64,000 bases of DNA, taken from Rhodospirillaceae bacterium (GTDB lineage: Bacteria; Pseudomonadota; Alphaproteobacteria; Bin65). The stretch covers positions 4,661-68,660 of the forward strand of contig WTGH01000015.1 of assembly GCA_011523655.1 (NCBI GenBank). Direction: 5' to 3'. How positions within the stretch are numbered: position 1 is the stretch's first letter; each line of letters begins with the position of its first letter. This document shows, one piece after another, positions 53,734-62,914 of the stretch. A program made the position numbers and the translations under genes. The notes beneath the pieces were generated by a model. It was not told the origin of the DNA. It saw nothing but the letters and a program-made list of their open reading frames with translations, and made no database searches.

Positions 53734-54375
53734 TTAACGGTATCCGTCGTCGGGCGGCGCCGGCAGCCAGTCGTCGACCATGGCCGCGCCCACCACCGGT
53801 ACGTCCAGAGGGCGCTCGCCATCGAACGGCCGGAACTCGCTGATCGCAAACGCGCGGTGGCGATGGCCCGGCGTGGCGGCCGTCGCGATCAGGCGGATCC
53901 AGCGCGTGTCCACCGGCCGCGACAGCACGATCATCTGCATGCCGTTGCGCGCGACGAGGTCCACCCTGTCGGTCAGGCCGTCCGAGGTCTGGATCAGCGC
54001 CTGGCGCAGCCGCCCGTTCCCGGCCCAGGCTTCCGGCGACCGGCCGTTGCCGTTCCACAGGGCGAGATAACGGATACGCCGGACAGCCGTGAAACGAAGC
54101 TCGATCAGGGTGCCGAGGTTGAGGCCGCGCTGGCCGGGCGACCAGGCGGTCTTCGGGTCGCCGTCGGCGGCATGGCGCGGATGGAAGAAAACGGCCTCCT
54201 GACCCGGTTTCTCGGGGAAAAGGGGCAGCCGTACCGTCGGCGCGCAGACCGTCCAGCCGCGTTTCGGCACCTGCTGGCAGTTCAGATTGCCTGGAAGTTC
54301 GTCGGTCGGCACCGCGGCCAGCGCCGGCGCGGCCATCGACGCAATCAGCAATGCCGACAATATCGGGCGTCTCAT
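53734..54375 (-). CDS. secreted hypothetical protein with a discoidin (F5/8 type C)-like domain
   Basis: The ATG at 54375 gives 213 aa with a signal peptide (MRRPILSALLIASMAAPALA). The ADGDPKTAWSP...IRYLALWNGNG pattern is typical of discoidin-type domains. Confidence 0.5.
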   Translation of the reverse strand: MRRPILSALLIASMAAPALAAVPTDELPGNLNCQQVPKRGWTVCAPTVRLPLFPEKPGQEAVFFHPRHAADGDPKTAWSPGQRGLNLGTLIELRFTAVRRIRYLALWNGNGRSPEAWAGNGRLRQALIQTSDGLTDRVDLVARNGMQMIVLSRPVDTRWIRLIATAATPGHRHRAFAISEFRPFDGERPLDVPVVGAAMVDDWLPAPPDDGYR

Positions 54376-54478
54376 ATCGACCCGGCGATAGGCGGAATCG
54401 TCGGATCGCGCAAGCCCGTACGCACGCAAGCCCGTACACTCCGGGCGCGCTGGCCGCCGGCGGGCCGGGCGGGCCGGT

Positions 54479-55396
54479 TCAGCGCGCCGGGCGGGTCTTC
54501 CGCAGCGGCAGGCCTTTCGGCAGCATCCATTCGGCAAAGACTTCCGGCCCCGGCGTCCAGAGTTGGGGCTCCCAGTCCTCGGTCAGATAGTCCTCGTCCC
54601 AGAAATATTCGGCGAGGCCGCCGCAGGGATTGTGCACATACCAGAAATAGCAGGACGAAATGCGGTGCCGGCCCGGACCGACCGCGGTTTTCCAGCCGCA
54701 CAGGGCGAGGTGCTGGCCGCCGGCGAACATCTCGTGGATGTCGCGCACGGCAAAGGCCAGATGGTTGATGCCCGGCCGGCCGGTCGGCGATTGCAGCAGG
54801 AACAGGTTGTGATGGCTGTGGCGCGGCGCGCAGCGCAGGAACACGCTGCCGTTGTCGTAGGCGTCGGACAGGTGGAAACCCAGAACTTCGCGATAGAAGG
54901 CGGCTGAGGCGGCGGCGTCCGGCACGTTGAGCACGATATGGCCGATCTTCAGCGGGGCGGCCCGCTCGTAGAAGCCGGCGCGGGCGTCGATCCGGTTGAT
55001 ATCCTGCGGCGCGTTGGCGGGCGACGGCGCGACCTCGGGCGTCTGCGTTCGGGACACGACGAATTCGAGGGCGAAGCCGGCCGGGTCGACCGTGCGAACG
55101 CCCGGCCCGTCGGCGAGGTAGCCGGCCCCGGACAGGCGCTGCCGCACCGCCTCGACGTCTTCGGCGGTCTCCAGGCCCCAGGTCATCAGCCGGACCGAAG
55201 GCCCTGCCTCGACCGGCGGCGGCAGCGCCCGGTCGCTCCGCCGTTTGAGGACCACGCGCGCTCCGTTCGCCGCCGCGAATTCTGCCGACGCCTTGCCGCC
55301 GGCCCGTTCCTCAAGCCCGAAATCGGCCCAGAAGCGCCGTGCTTTCGGCAGGTTGGTCACGCCGTAGGTGACGGCCTCGATTCCGGCAAATCTCAC
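54479..55396 (-). CDS. two-domain VOC-superfamily extradiol ring-cleavage dioxygenase-like protein
   Basis: A GTG at 55396 gives 305 aa and avoids overlap with the divergent gene at 55483. Glyoxalase/extradiol-type repeats (GHIVLNV..., HHNLFLL..., INHLAFAV...). Confidence 0.7.
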   Translation of the reverse strand: MRFAGIEAVTYGVTNLPKARRFWADFGLEERAGGKASAEFAAANGARVVLKRRSDRALPPPVEAGPSVRLMTWGLETAEDVEAVRQRLSGAGYLADGPGVRTVDPAGFALEFVVSRTQTPEVAPSPANAPQDINRIDARAGFYERAAPLKIGHIVLNVPDAAASAAFYREVLGFHLSDAYDNGSVFLRCAPRHSHHNLFLLQSPTGRPGINHLAFAVRDIHEMFAGGQHLALCGWKTAVGPGRHRISSCYFWYVHNPCGGLAEYFWDEDYLTEDWEPQLWTPGPEVFAEWMLPKGLPLRKTRPAR

Positions 55397-55482
55397 GCCG
55401 ATCTTCCCTTCCAACGGTTTCCCGAGCCGGCGCGCCGCCCTAGAGTAGCGCGCTCCGGCATACCGAACGACAGGGTTATAGC

Positions 55483-56406
55483 ATGACGACACGCATCGGC
55501 GTCATCGGTTACGGCGAAGCGGGCCGCGCCTTCGGCGCCGGGCTGGCCGGGGCCGGCGCGACGGTCTCGACCTACGATATCCTCGTGCCGACGCCCGACG
55601 GCGCGGCCATCCGGGCGAATGCGGCGGCCGACGGCGTTGCGGTTTGCACCGCGGCCGGAGACGCCATCGACGGCGCGGCGATCGTCCTGTCGCTGGTTCC
55701 GGCCGACGCGGCGCGCACCGTGGCGGCGGAAGCGGCGGGACATCTGCGGGCCGGGCAGCTGTTCATGGACATGAACTCGGTCTCGCCGCGCGAGAAGGAG
55801 GCCGGTGCGGCGCTCGTCGAGGCTTCCGGCGCCCGCTATGTCGAGGCGACGATCATGGCGCCGGTCATCGAGAACGGCGTGGCGAGCGAAGTGCTGCTGG
55901 CCGGGCCGGCGGCCCCCGATTCGCTGGGCCTGCTCCGCCCCTTCGGCATGGTCCTTTCGGTCGTCGGCGACCGGTTCGGCGCGGCGGCGGCGGTCAAGCT
56001 GTGCCGCAGCGTCATCGTCAAGGGGATCGAGGCGATCGTCGTGGAGAGCATGCTGGCCGCCCGGCAATACGGCGCGGACGGCGCCGTGCTCGCCTCCTTG
56101 CAGAAGAGCGATCCGGAAATCGACTGGGCCGCCAGGGCCGACTATGTGTTCGAGCGGGTCCTGCGCCACGGCCGGCGGCGGGCAGCCGAGATGCGCTTTG
56201 CCGGCGAGGCGGTGTCCGACGCCGGCTATCCGCCACGGCTGAGCCGGGCAATCGCAGAATTGCAGGACGCGATGGCCGACTATGCGGAGGCCGACCGCGC
56301 CCTGTTCGCGCTCGCCGACTACAGGGAAGCCGCCGACCGGATTGGCGCGCTGGTGCAGACATCCGGGGAAAACGCGGATGCAGTCCGGCTCCGGGACACG
56401 GGATGA
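55483..56406 (+). CDS. NAD(P)-binding oxidoreductase (6-phosphogluconate-dehydrogenase-like N-domain plus DUF1932-like C-domain)
   Basis: 307 aa. Rossmann motif IGVIGYGEAGRAF. Confidence 0.65.
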   Translation: MTTRIGVIGYGEAGRAFGAGLAGAGATVSTYDILVPTPDGAAIRANAAADGVAVCTAAGDAIDGAAIVLSLVPADAARTVAAEAAGHLRAGQLFMDMNSVSPREKEAGAALVEASGARYVEATIMAPVIENGVASEVLLAGPAAPDSLGLLRPFGMVLSVVGDRFGAAAAVKLCRSVIVKGIEAIVVESMLAARQYGADGAVLASLQKSDPEIDWAARADYVFERVLRHGRRRAAEMRFAGEAVSDAGYPPRLSRAIAELQDAMADYAEADRALFALADYREAADRIGALVQTSGENADAVRLRDTG

Positions 56407-56420
56407 TTTCGAGACCGCCC

Positions 56421-56570
56421 GTCCCTCGATACGGCCCCCTCGATACGGCGCTGGCGCGCCTACTCAGGATGAGGGCCTTTGATGACTTTACTTCCTTCAC
56501 CCTCACCCTGAGTAGCCCCGGCCCCCGGCCGGGGCGTATCGAAGGGCCTGCCCTGAGCCTGACGAAGGGG
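56421..56570. repeat. family-A intergenic mosaic repeat, copy 3
   Basis: A tandem left arm (CCCTCGATACGGC twice), then CGCCTACTCAGGATGAGGG...CACCCTCACCCTGAGTAGCCCC...GGCGTATCGAAGGGCCTGCCCTGAGCCTGACGAAGGGG. It lies between convergent genes. Confidence 0.8.
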
Positions 56571-56583
56571 GCGGGCGCCGCCG

Positions 56584-57345
56584 TCAGCCGCTGACGCCGT
56601 CGGGCAGCATGTCGGTCTCGCCCAGCACCTCCAGGCGCCAGATATCGTTGGTCGAGGCCCAGCGCAGGCGCACCGCGGTCTCGCAAACCTCGATGGCCCG
56701 GGCGGCCTCCTCCGGCGTCCGGATATATTTCGCGCACAGGTCGAGCTGGCGCGTGGAATGCTCCAGGTCGGCCTCGGCATGCTCGACGAAGAAGCCGATT
56801 TCGGGATCGTCCTTCGTCAGACCGTAATGCTTTTCGAACGACGGGATGGTGATCTCGTTGTTCAGCGCGACCTGCTGGCCTTCCTGGGTCGAGGCCATGG
56901 CGAGCGCCACGCCGAGCGGCTCCTCCCGGTTGACGTGGCAGTAGTACAGGGTCCGCGCCCACCAGCCGGGGGTCGGCTGCGTATCCTCGATCTCCGCGTC
57001 CGACAGGCCGGCGTGGCGGCAGAAGTCCGAGATCATCTCGAAATGGTCGTGCGGCACATGCCCCGGCTTGGGAATCGCCATCAGCCCCTCTTCCTCGGCC
57101 ATGTTTTCCGCGATCATGCGCCGGATATCGGACGGGCCGCGCCAGTAGAGAAAGCCGAAGGACGGCACGACATAGTTCACGAACTTCAGATGCTGGGCCA
57201 TGTAGACGCCGAGCGCGCGCAACGGCAGCGAACCGTCGAGCATGGCCTGGAAAAACGGATGTTTCTTGGTGTGCCATTTCTCGCGGATGGCGACGACCTT
57301 GTCGGCAATGCCCTCGGGGCTGACGACGACGGATCCTTCCGGCAT
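56584..57345 (-). CDS. haem-oxygenase-like fold iron-containing redox enzyme (PqqC/TenA/CADD-like family)
   Basis: 253 aa, all-helical. The N-terminal region reads KHPFFQAML.... Acidic/His motifs are MAEEEG...H and EHAEADLEH. Confidence 0.65.
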   Translation of the reverse strand: MPEGSVVVSPEGIADKVVAIREKWHTKKHPFFQAMLDGSLPLRALGVYMAQHLKFVNYVVPSFGFLYWRGPSDIRRMIAENMAEEEGLMAIPKPGHVPHDHFEMISDFCRHAGLSDAEIEDTQPTPGWWARTLYYCHVNREEPLGVALAMASTQEGQQVALNNEITIPSFEKHYGLTKDDPEIGFFVEHAEADLEHSTRQLDLCAKYIRTPEEAARAIEVCETAVRLRWASTNDIWRLEVLGETDMLPDGVSG

Positions 57346-57459
57346 GGGGCGGGGCCTCCCTGTTGAATTGCCGCCGCAGTAAAGCCGCGTTCGGCGCGCC
57401 GTTCAACCGCTGCGTCGCGCCACCCGAATACGCTCCGGGCAAACGCTTCGGGTCCGGGG

Positions 57460-58839
57460 CTATTCGGCGGCCAAAGGCACAGGATCGGGAACGGGTTCGC
57501 GCATCGTCACCAGTTCCTCGGCCGCGGTCGGATGGATGCCGATGGTGGCGTCGAAATCCTGCTTGGTCGCGCCCATGTTGATCGCCACGGCGAAACCCTG
57601 GGTCATCTCGCCGGCGCCCGGACCGACGACATGCAGCCCGACCACCCGCCGGGTCTCGCGCACGACAACCAGCTTCATCAGGCCCCGCTCGTCGCGGCCG
57701 GAGAGCGTGTGTTTCATCGGCCGGAAGGTCGAGCGGTAGATGTCCAGAGCGCCGAATTTCGCCCGCGCCGCCGCCTCCGTATAGCCCACCGTGCCGATTT
57801 CCGGCTGGCTGAAAACCGCCGATGGAACAAAATCGTAGCCGACGGACTTGCCGGACGGGTTGAAAAGCGCGTCGGCCAGCGCATGGCCTTCCTGGATCGC
57901 CACGGGCGTGAGCTGGATCCGGTCGGTGACGTCGCCGATGGCGAAGATATTGCCGACATTGGTGCGCCAGCCGGCATCGACGGTTACGGCCCCGTTCCGG
58001 CCGGTCGCGACGCCGGCCGCCTCCAGGCCCAGGCCGCCGGTGTTCGGCACCCGTCCGGTCGCGTACATGACCAGGTCGGTCTCCACTGAGCCGCCGCCTT
58101 CCAGGCCGACCGAGAAACCGCCGCCCGGCCGGCACGTCACATTCCGGACATCGGCGTCGAAGCACAGGTCCACGCCCTTCTTGACCATTTCATCGGCAAG
58201 GAACTGCCGGATATCGTCGTCGAAGCCGCGCAGGAACGGCTTGCCGCGATAGATCTGGGTCACCTGCGCGCCCAGCCCGGTGAAGATACCGGCGAACTCG
58301 ACCGCAATGTAACCGCCGCCGACGATGACGATGCGCTCCGGCAGCTCCGGCAGGAAGAACGCGTCGTCCGACGTGATGACATGCTCGCGCCCCTCGATGT
58401 CGGGCACGAAGGGCCGGCCGCCGACGGCGATCAGGATCTTGTCCGCCGTGAGCCGCCGGCCGCCGACATCGAGCGTATGCGGGTCGAGGAATGTGGCGCG
58501 GGCGTCGAAGATTTCGGCGCCGGGTCCGGCAATCAGGCGCTCGTAGATGCCGTTCAGCCGGGCGATTTCGCGGTTCTTGTTGGCGATCAGCGCCGGCCAG
58601 GCGTGGCGGCGCGGCCCGACCGTCCAGCCGAAGCCCGCCGCGTCCTCGAAATCCTCGGCGAAATGGGCGGCATAGGTAAACAGCTTCTTGGGCACGCAGC
58701 CGACGTTGACGCAGGTGCCGCCGAGATGGCGCTCCTCGGCGACGCCGACCCGCGCGCCGTGCGCCGCCGCGATCCGGGACGCCCGCGTGCCGCCCGAACC
58801 CGCGCCGATGACAAAGAAATCGAAATCGTAACCGCTCAT
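57460..58839 (-). CDS. gor: glutathione-disulfide reductase
   Basis: 459 aa. FAD motif VIGAGSGG, redox-active disulfide GGTCVNVGCVPKK, and C-terminal HPTAAEE. Confidence 0.88.
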   Translation of the reverse strand: MSGYDFDFFVIGAGSGGTRASRIAAAHGARVGVAEERHLGGTCVNVGCVPKKLFTYAAHFAEDFEDAAGFGWTVGPRRHAWPALIANKNREIARLNGIYERLIAGPGAEIFDARATFLDPHTLDVGGRRLTADKILIAVGGRPFVPDIEGREHVITSDDAFFLPELPERIVIVGGGYIAVEFAGIFTGLGAQVTQIYRGKPFLRGFDDDIRQFLADEMVKKGVDLCFDADVRNVTCRPGGGFSVGLEGGGSVETDLVMYATGRVPNTGGLGLEAAGVATGRNGAVTVDAGWRTNVGNIFAIGDVTDRIQLTPVAIQEGHALADALFNPSGKSVGYDFVPSAVFSQPEIGTVGYTEAAARAKFGALDIYRSTFRPMKHTLSGRDERGLMKLVVVRETRRVVGLHVVGPGAGEMTQGFAVAINMGATKQDFDATIGIHPTAAEELVTMREPVPDPVPLAAE

Positions 58840-59007
58840 GTCCGCCCGCCCGTCCGTGCCGGCACCAGATGGGCCGGCTTCGCCCCCGGATCAACCGGAT
58901 GCGGCAGACGCGACGGTCCGAACACGAGCGGAACCAGTCTGGCGGATCGGCGATTTCCGCTAGTGTCCCAGTTTGATTTACTACGCTGGACCAAATCCGT
59001 TCCTTCC

Positions 59008-59167
59008 CCGTCATTTCGACCGGAGCGGCGCAGCCGCGGAGTAGCCTGCCCTGAGCGAAGTCGAAGGGGAGAAATCTTTCCGGTACAATACTTTGGGCCC
59101 CATTCCGCGGATGAAAGATTTCTCCGCTCCGCCCCGGATAAATCCAGGGCTCCGGTCGAAATGACGG
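59008..59167. repeat. family-B intergenic mosaic repeat, full copy
   Basis: CCGTCATTTCGACCGGAGCGG...GGAGAAATCTTTCC...GAAAGATTTCTCCGCTCCGCCCCGGATAAATCC...CTCCGGTCGAAATGACGG. The terminal arms are near-perfect inverted repeats. Confidence 0.85.
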
Positions 59168-59238
59168 ACAGGGGTCGGCTCCGGCCGACACGAAAAGTCA
59201 AGTCGGGACACTACCCGAATCCCGATCGGCCGGACTTG

Positions 59239-59268
59239 TTGGATATTTTGAAACTTGAGCACTATGTT
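59239..59268 (+). promoter_or_regulatory. possible sigma70-type promoter for aroQ-accBC
   Basis: TTGGAT (59239-59244), an 18-nt spacer, then TATGTT (59263-59268). It lies about 80 nt upstream of the aroQ ATG. Weak match. Confidence 0.2.
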
Positions 59269-59346
59269 TGAGTACACACGCAGGCTGCATAGCAACAAGG
59301 CGCCAGCCTGCAAGACAAACCCGGCAGAACAGCCACGATTGCTCCG

Positions 59347-59808
59347 ATGCACACTGTCCTTTTACTGAACGGCCCGAACCTTAATCTTCTGGGCAGCCGG
59401 GAGCCGGAAATCTACGGTGCGGCGACCCTGCCGGAGATCGAGGAAAAGTGCCGGAACTGGGGCGCCGAACTGGGGCTGGAGGTCGATTGCCGCCAGAGCA
59501 ATCACGAAGGCGAACTGGTCGAACTGATCCACGGCGCCGCCGGCCGCTGCAGCGGCGTCGTCATCAACGCCGGCGCCTTCACCCACACCTCGGTCGCCCT
59601 GCTCGACGCGGTCCGTGCGGTCGGCCTGCCGACCGTCGAGGTGCATCTGTCGAACGTCCACGCCCGTGAATCCTTCCGCCGCCGGTCCTATATCGCCCAG
59701 GCGGCGCTCGGCGCGATTTCCGGCTTCGGGGCGGACAGTTACCGGCTTGCGCTTCAGGCGCTGGCGCTGCACTTATCGGCGACCGGTTCTTCGCCGGGGG
59801 AAGGGTGA
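59347..59808 (+). CDS. aroQ: type II 3-dehydroquinate dehydratase
   Basis: 153 aa. LLLNGPNLNLLGSREPEIYG and HLSNVHARE motifs. Confidence 0.92.
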   Translation: MHTVLLLNGPNLNLLGSREPEIYGAATLPEIEEKCRNWGAELGLEVDCRQSNHEGELVELIHGAAGRCSGVVINAGAFTHTSVALLDAVRAVGLPTVEVHLSNVHARESFRRRSYIAQAALGAISGFGADSYRLALQALALHLSATGSSPGEG

Positions 59809-59866
59809 GCCGGTCCGCGGCGCCCCGCTGCCCGGCCGCCCCGCCTGTCCGCACGGAGCACCCTCC

Positions 59867-60352
59867 ATGGCCAAGACGATCGACAATGACAGCGTGGACA
59901 GCGTGCGCCGCCTCGCCGACTTGTTGGACGAGACCGGGCTGACGGAGATCGAATACGACGACGGCGACATCCGGATCCGGGTCGCCCGCCAGCAGGCCGG
60001 CGCGGTCGCCTTGGCGGCGCCCCCGGCGCCAGGCGCTGGGCCGGCCGGGGCCGGCGCCGCCCCGCCGCCGCCAGTAGCGGCGGTCCCGGAAGCACCGGCG
60101 GCCGTTGCCGCAGACCATCCCGGCGCCGTCACCTCGCCCATGGTCGGAACCGTCTATCTCTCGCCCGAACCGGGCGCGGCGACCTTCATCGGCGTCGGCG
60201 ATACGGTGAGCGTCGGCCAGACCCTGATGCTCGTCGAGGCCATGAAGACCTTCAACGAGATCAAGGCGCCCCACGCCGGAACCGTCACGCAGATCGTCGT
60301 CGAAAACGGCGTCCCGGTCGAATTCGGCGACGTTCTGGCGATCGTCGAATAG
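59867..60352 (+). CDS. accB: acetyl-CoA carboxylase biotin carboxyl carrier protein
   Basis: The ATG at 59867 gives 161 aa with an Ala/Pro-rich linker and a biotinyl-Lys motif EAMKTFNEI. Confidence 0.92.
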   Translation: MAKTIDNDSVDSVRRLADLLDETGLTEIEYDDGDIRIRVARQQAGAVALAAPPAPGAGPAGAGAAPPPPVAAVPEAPAAVAADHPGAVTSPMVGTVYLSPEPGAATFIGVGDTVSVGQTLMLVEAMKTFNEIKAPHAGTVTQIVVENGVPVEFGDVLAIVE

Positions 60353-60404
60353 CCCGGGAGGCCGCACTGACCCGCCTCCCGCACCGATCAGAAACCGCGA
60401 GCCC

Positions 60405-61754
60405 GTGTTCGACAAAGTCCTGATCGCCAACCGCGGCGAGATCGCCCTGCGCATCCATCGCGCCTGCCGCGAAATGGGCATCCACACGGTCGCGGTGCAT
60501 TCGACCGCCGACGAGAACGCCATGCATGTCCGCCTCGCGGACGAAAGCGTGTGCATCGGCCCGGCGCCGTCGGCGGACTCCTATCTCAACATTCCGAACA
60601 TCGTCAGCGCAGCGATGATCACCGGCGCCGAGGCGATCCACCCGGGCTACGGTTTTCTTTCGGAAAACGCGTATTTCGCCGAGATCGTCGAAGCCCACGG
60701 CATCGCCTTCATCGGGCCGTCGCCGCAGCATATCCAGACCATGGGCGACAAGGTCGCCGCCAAGAAAACGATGATCGAGGCCGGCGTGCCGGTCGTTCCG
60801 GGCAGCGAGGGCGCCGTCGGCTCCCCCGAAGACGCCCGGCAGACCGCCGAGAGCATCGGCTATCCCGTGCTCATCAAGGCATCGGGCGGCGGCGGCGGCA
60901 AGGGCATGAAGGTCGCCGAAACTGCGGAGACGCTGGCCGAGCAGATCAACCTCGCCCGGCGCGAAGCCAAGGCCAATTTCGGCGACGAGAGCGTCTATCT
61001 GGAAAAATACCTGGCCAACCCGCGCCATATCGAATTGCAGATCGTCGCCGACGAGCAGGGCGGCGTCGTCCATCTCGGCGAGCGCGACTGTTCGCTCCAG
61101 CGCAAGCACCAGAAGGTGCTGGAGGAGGCGCCCTCCCCCGCCCTCAACGCCGCCGAACGCGAGCGGCTCGGCGAGATCGGCTGCACCGCCATCCGCCGGC
61201 TCGGCTACCGCAACGCCGGGACGCTCGAATTCCTCTACGAGAACGGGGAATTCTATTTCATCGAGATGAACACGCGCCTCCAGGTCGAACATCCGGTTTC
61301 GGAAGCGATCAGCGGCATCGACATCGTGCGCGAGCAGATCCGCATCGCCGCCGGCGCGCCGCTTTCCTTCCGGCAGAAGGACATCGATTTCCAGGGCCAT
61401 GCCATTGAATGCCGGATCAATGCCGAGGACCCGGCGACCTTCGCGCCCTGGCCGGGCCGCATCGTCGAATACCATCCGCCGGGGGGCCTGGGCGTCCGGG
61501 TCGATTCGGGCCTCTATGCCGGCTATTCCGTGCCGCCCTATTACGACAGCATGATCGCCAAGCTGATCGTCCACGGCGCGACGCGCAACGAATGCCTGAT
61601 GCGGCTGCGGCGCGCCCTGGAGGAGTTCGTCATCACCGGCGTGCGCACGACCATCCCGCTGCACCAGGAGCTGACGGCCCAGAGCGACTTCATCAACGGC
61701 CGCTACGATATCCGCTGGCTCGAGGACTATGTCGCGGGGCAGGCCGCGGTCTGA
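60405..61754 (+). CDS. accC: acetyl-CoA carboxylase biotin carboxylase subunit
   Basis: 449 aa. GTG start giving MFDKVLIANRGEIA. ATP-grasp motifs throughout. Confidence 0.95.
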   Translation: MFDKVLIANRGEIALRIHRACREMGIHTVAVHSTADENAMHVRLADESVCIGPAPSADSYLNIPNIVSAAMITGAEAIHPGYGFLSENAYFAEIVEAHGIAFIGPSPQHIQTMGDKVAAKKTMIEAGVPVVPGSEGAVGSPEDARQTAESIGYPVLIKASGGGGGKGMKVAETAETLAEQINLARREAKANFGDESVYLEKYLANPRHIELQIVADEQGGVVHLGERDCSLQRKHQKVLEEAPSPALNAAERERLGEIGCTAIRRLGYRNAGTLEFLYENGEFYFIEMNTRLQVEHPVSEAISGIDIVREQIRIAAGAPLSFRQKDIDFQGHAIECRINAEDPATFAPWPGRIVEYHPPGGLGVRVDSGLYAGYSVPPYYDSMIAKLIVHGATRNECLMRLRRALEEFVITGVRTTIPLHQELTAQSDFINGRYDIRWLEDYVAGQAAV

Positions 61755-61778
61755 TATCCTCTCGACAGGTTACCGGCG

Positions 61779-62432
61779 ATGGAATACCGCCTGACGCCCG
61801 AACTGCTGCTCCGCGCCTATACCAGCGGCCTGTTTCCCATGGGCGAAGCGCGCGGCGCTTCCGACATCGTCTGGGTCGATCCCGAGTGGCGCGGCATCAT
61901 CCCGCTGGACGGGTTTCACATTCCGCGGCGGCTGCGGCGCACGGTGCGCAATGCCGGGCTGGCGGTGCGCGCCGATACGGCGTTCGAACGGGTGATGCAG
62001 GCCTGCGCCGCGCCGCGCCGCGACCGGCGCGAAACCTGGATCAACGACGACATTCTGCGCGCCTATGCCGAGCTGCACCGCGCCGGCTACGCCCATTCCG
62101 TCGAATGCTGGCGGGGTAATACGCTCGTCGGCGGCCTGTATGGCGTCACGATTGCCGGCGCGTTCTTCGGCGAGAGCATGTTCACGCGGGAGTCCGACGC
62201 CAGCAAGGTCGCGCTGGTCCATCTCGTCGCCCGGCTGGCCCATGCGGGCTACCGGCTGCTCGACACCCAGTTCCTGACCGACCATCTGGCGCGTTTCGGC
62301 GCGATCGAGGTGACGCGCCAGGAATACCGGCGCCGGCTGGACGACGCGCTGTCGGGCGAGGCCGAATTTCCCCGAACGCTGCCGGAAAGCGTCTTCGCGC
62401 GCTATTTGCAGTCTTTCACCCAGACGTCGTAG
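61779..62432 (+). CDS. aat: leucyl/phenylalanyl-tRNA--protein transferase
   Basis: 217 aa. LLRAYTSGLFPM, GGLYGV and FGESMF motifs. Confidence 0.9.
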   Translation: MEYRLTPELLLRAYTSGLFPMGEARGASDIVWVDPEWRGIIPLDGFHIPRRLRRTVRNAGLAVRADTAFERVMQACAAPRRDRRETWINDDILRAYAELHRAGYAHSVECWRGNTLVGGLYGVTIAGAFFGESMFTRESDASKVALVHLVARLAHAGYRLLDTQFLTDHLARFGAIEVTRQEYRRRLDDALSGEAEFPRTLPESVFARYLQSFTQTS

Positions 62433-62869
62433 ATCGGGTGATCCATCGCGGAGAGGGCCGGCTTGGATTTGAACATCCAGCCGCTGAACGCCATTGTCCG
62501 TTTCCCGGTATCCGGGTCGACATCGTAGATTTGCAGGAAGGCCGCGCGTTCCGGCGGCTCGTCCGGCGGCGTCCGCTGGCAGCGCCGGATCGCGATATCG
62601 AGGGTCCGGAAGCGCACGGTTTCGCCGACCCGGCCGCCGAAGGAGAGGATGCGGGCGGTTTCCTTGTCCAGGCCCTGGAGGACGACCTCCTGCAGATCCG
62701 GTTCGAACGGCTCTTCGGGCGTTTCCTCTTGCGTCGAATCCGGATCGACGGGCCGGGTGTCGGGCCGGGTTTGCTGCGCGCCTGCAGGGCCGGCTGCGAG
62801 AGCGATCGACAGCGAAACCGCCACAAGCAGACGCGCAACGCCGGCTCCGATGAGAGCGGGAATGTTCAT
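62402..62869 (-). CDS. DUF2155 domain-containing periplasmic protein
   Basis: The ATG at 62869 gives 155 aa with a signal peptide. The C-terminus is characteristic (AFLQIYDV...SGWMFKSKPALSAMDHPIYDVWV). Confidence 0.7.
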   Translation of the reverse strand: MNIPALIGAGVARLLVAVSLSIALAAGPAGAQQTRPDTRPVDPDSTQEETPEEPFEPDLQEVVLQGLDKETARILSFGGRVGETVRFRTLDIAIRRCQRTPPDEPPERAAFLQIYDVDPDTGKRTMAFSGWMFKSKPALSAMDHPIYDVWVKDCK

Positions 62870-62914
62870 GCCGGCTAGGGGACGGGCACCCACGGTGTCG
62901 TTGCCTGTCCGCGG

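Noticed and set aside
56018-58165. 715-aa minus-strand ORF spanning the oxidoreductase 3' end, a mosaic repeat, the PqqC-like gene and part of gor
   Set aside because: It is out-of-frame read-through across several independent features, including a repeat element. The sequence is Arg/Pro/Gly-rich.
45149-59167. The dispersed repeats (families A and B) as a CRISPR array or as protein-coding repeats
   Set aside because: The copies are kilobases apart with no regular repeat-spacer periodicity. They are long imperfect palindromes, and no cas genes are present. The peptides they encode in ORF tracks differ in frame and strand between copies.
62402-62432. 31-bp convergent 3'-end overlap between aat and the DUF2155 gene as a regulatory antisense arrangement
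   Set aside because: Short convergent overlaps are common in compact high-G+C genomes. Both C-termini look family-typical and nothing else is unusual here.
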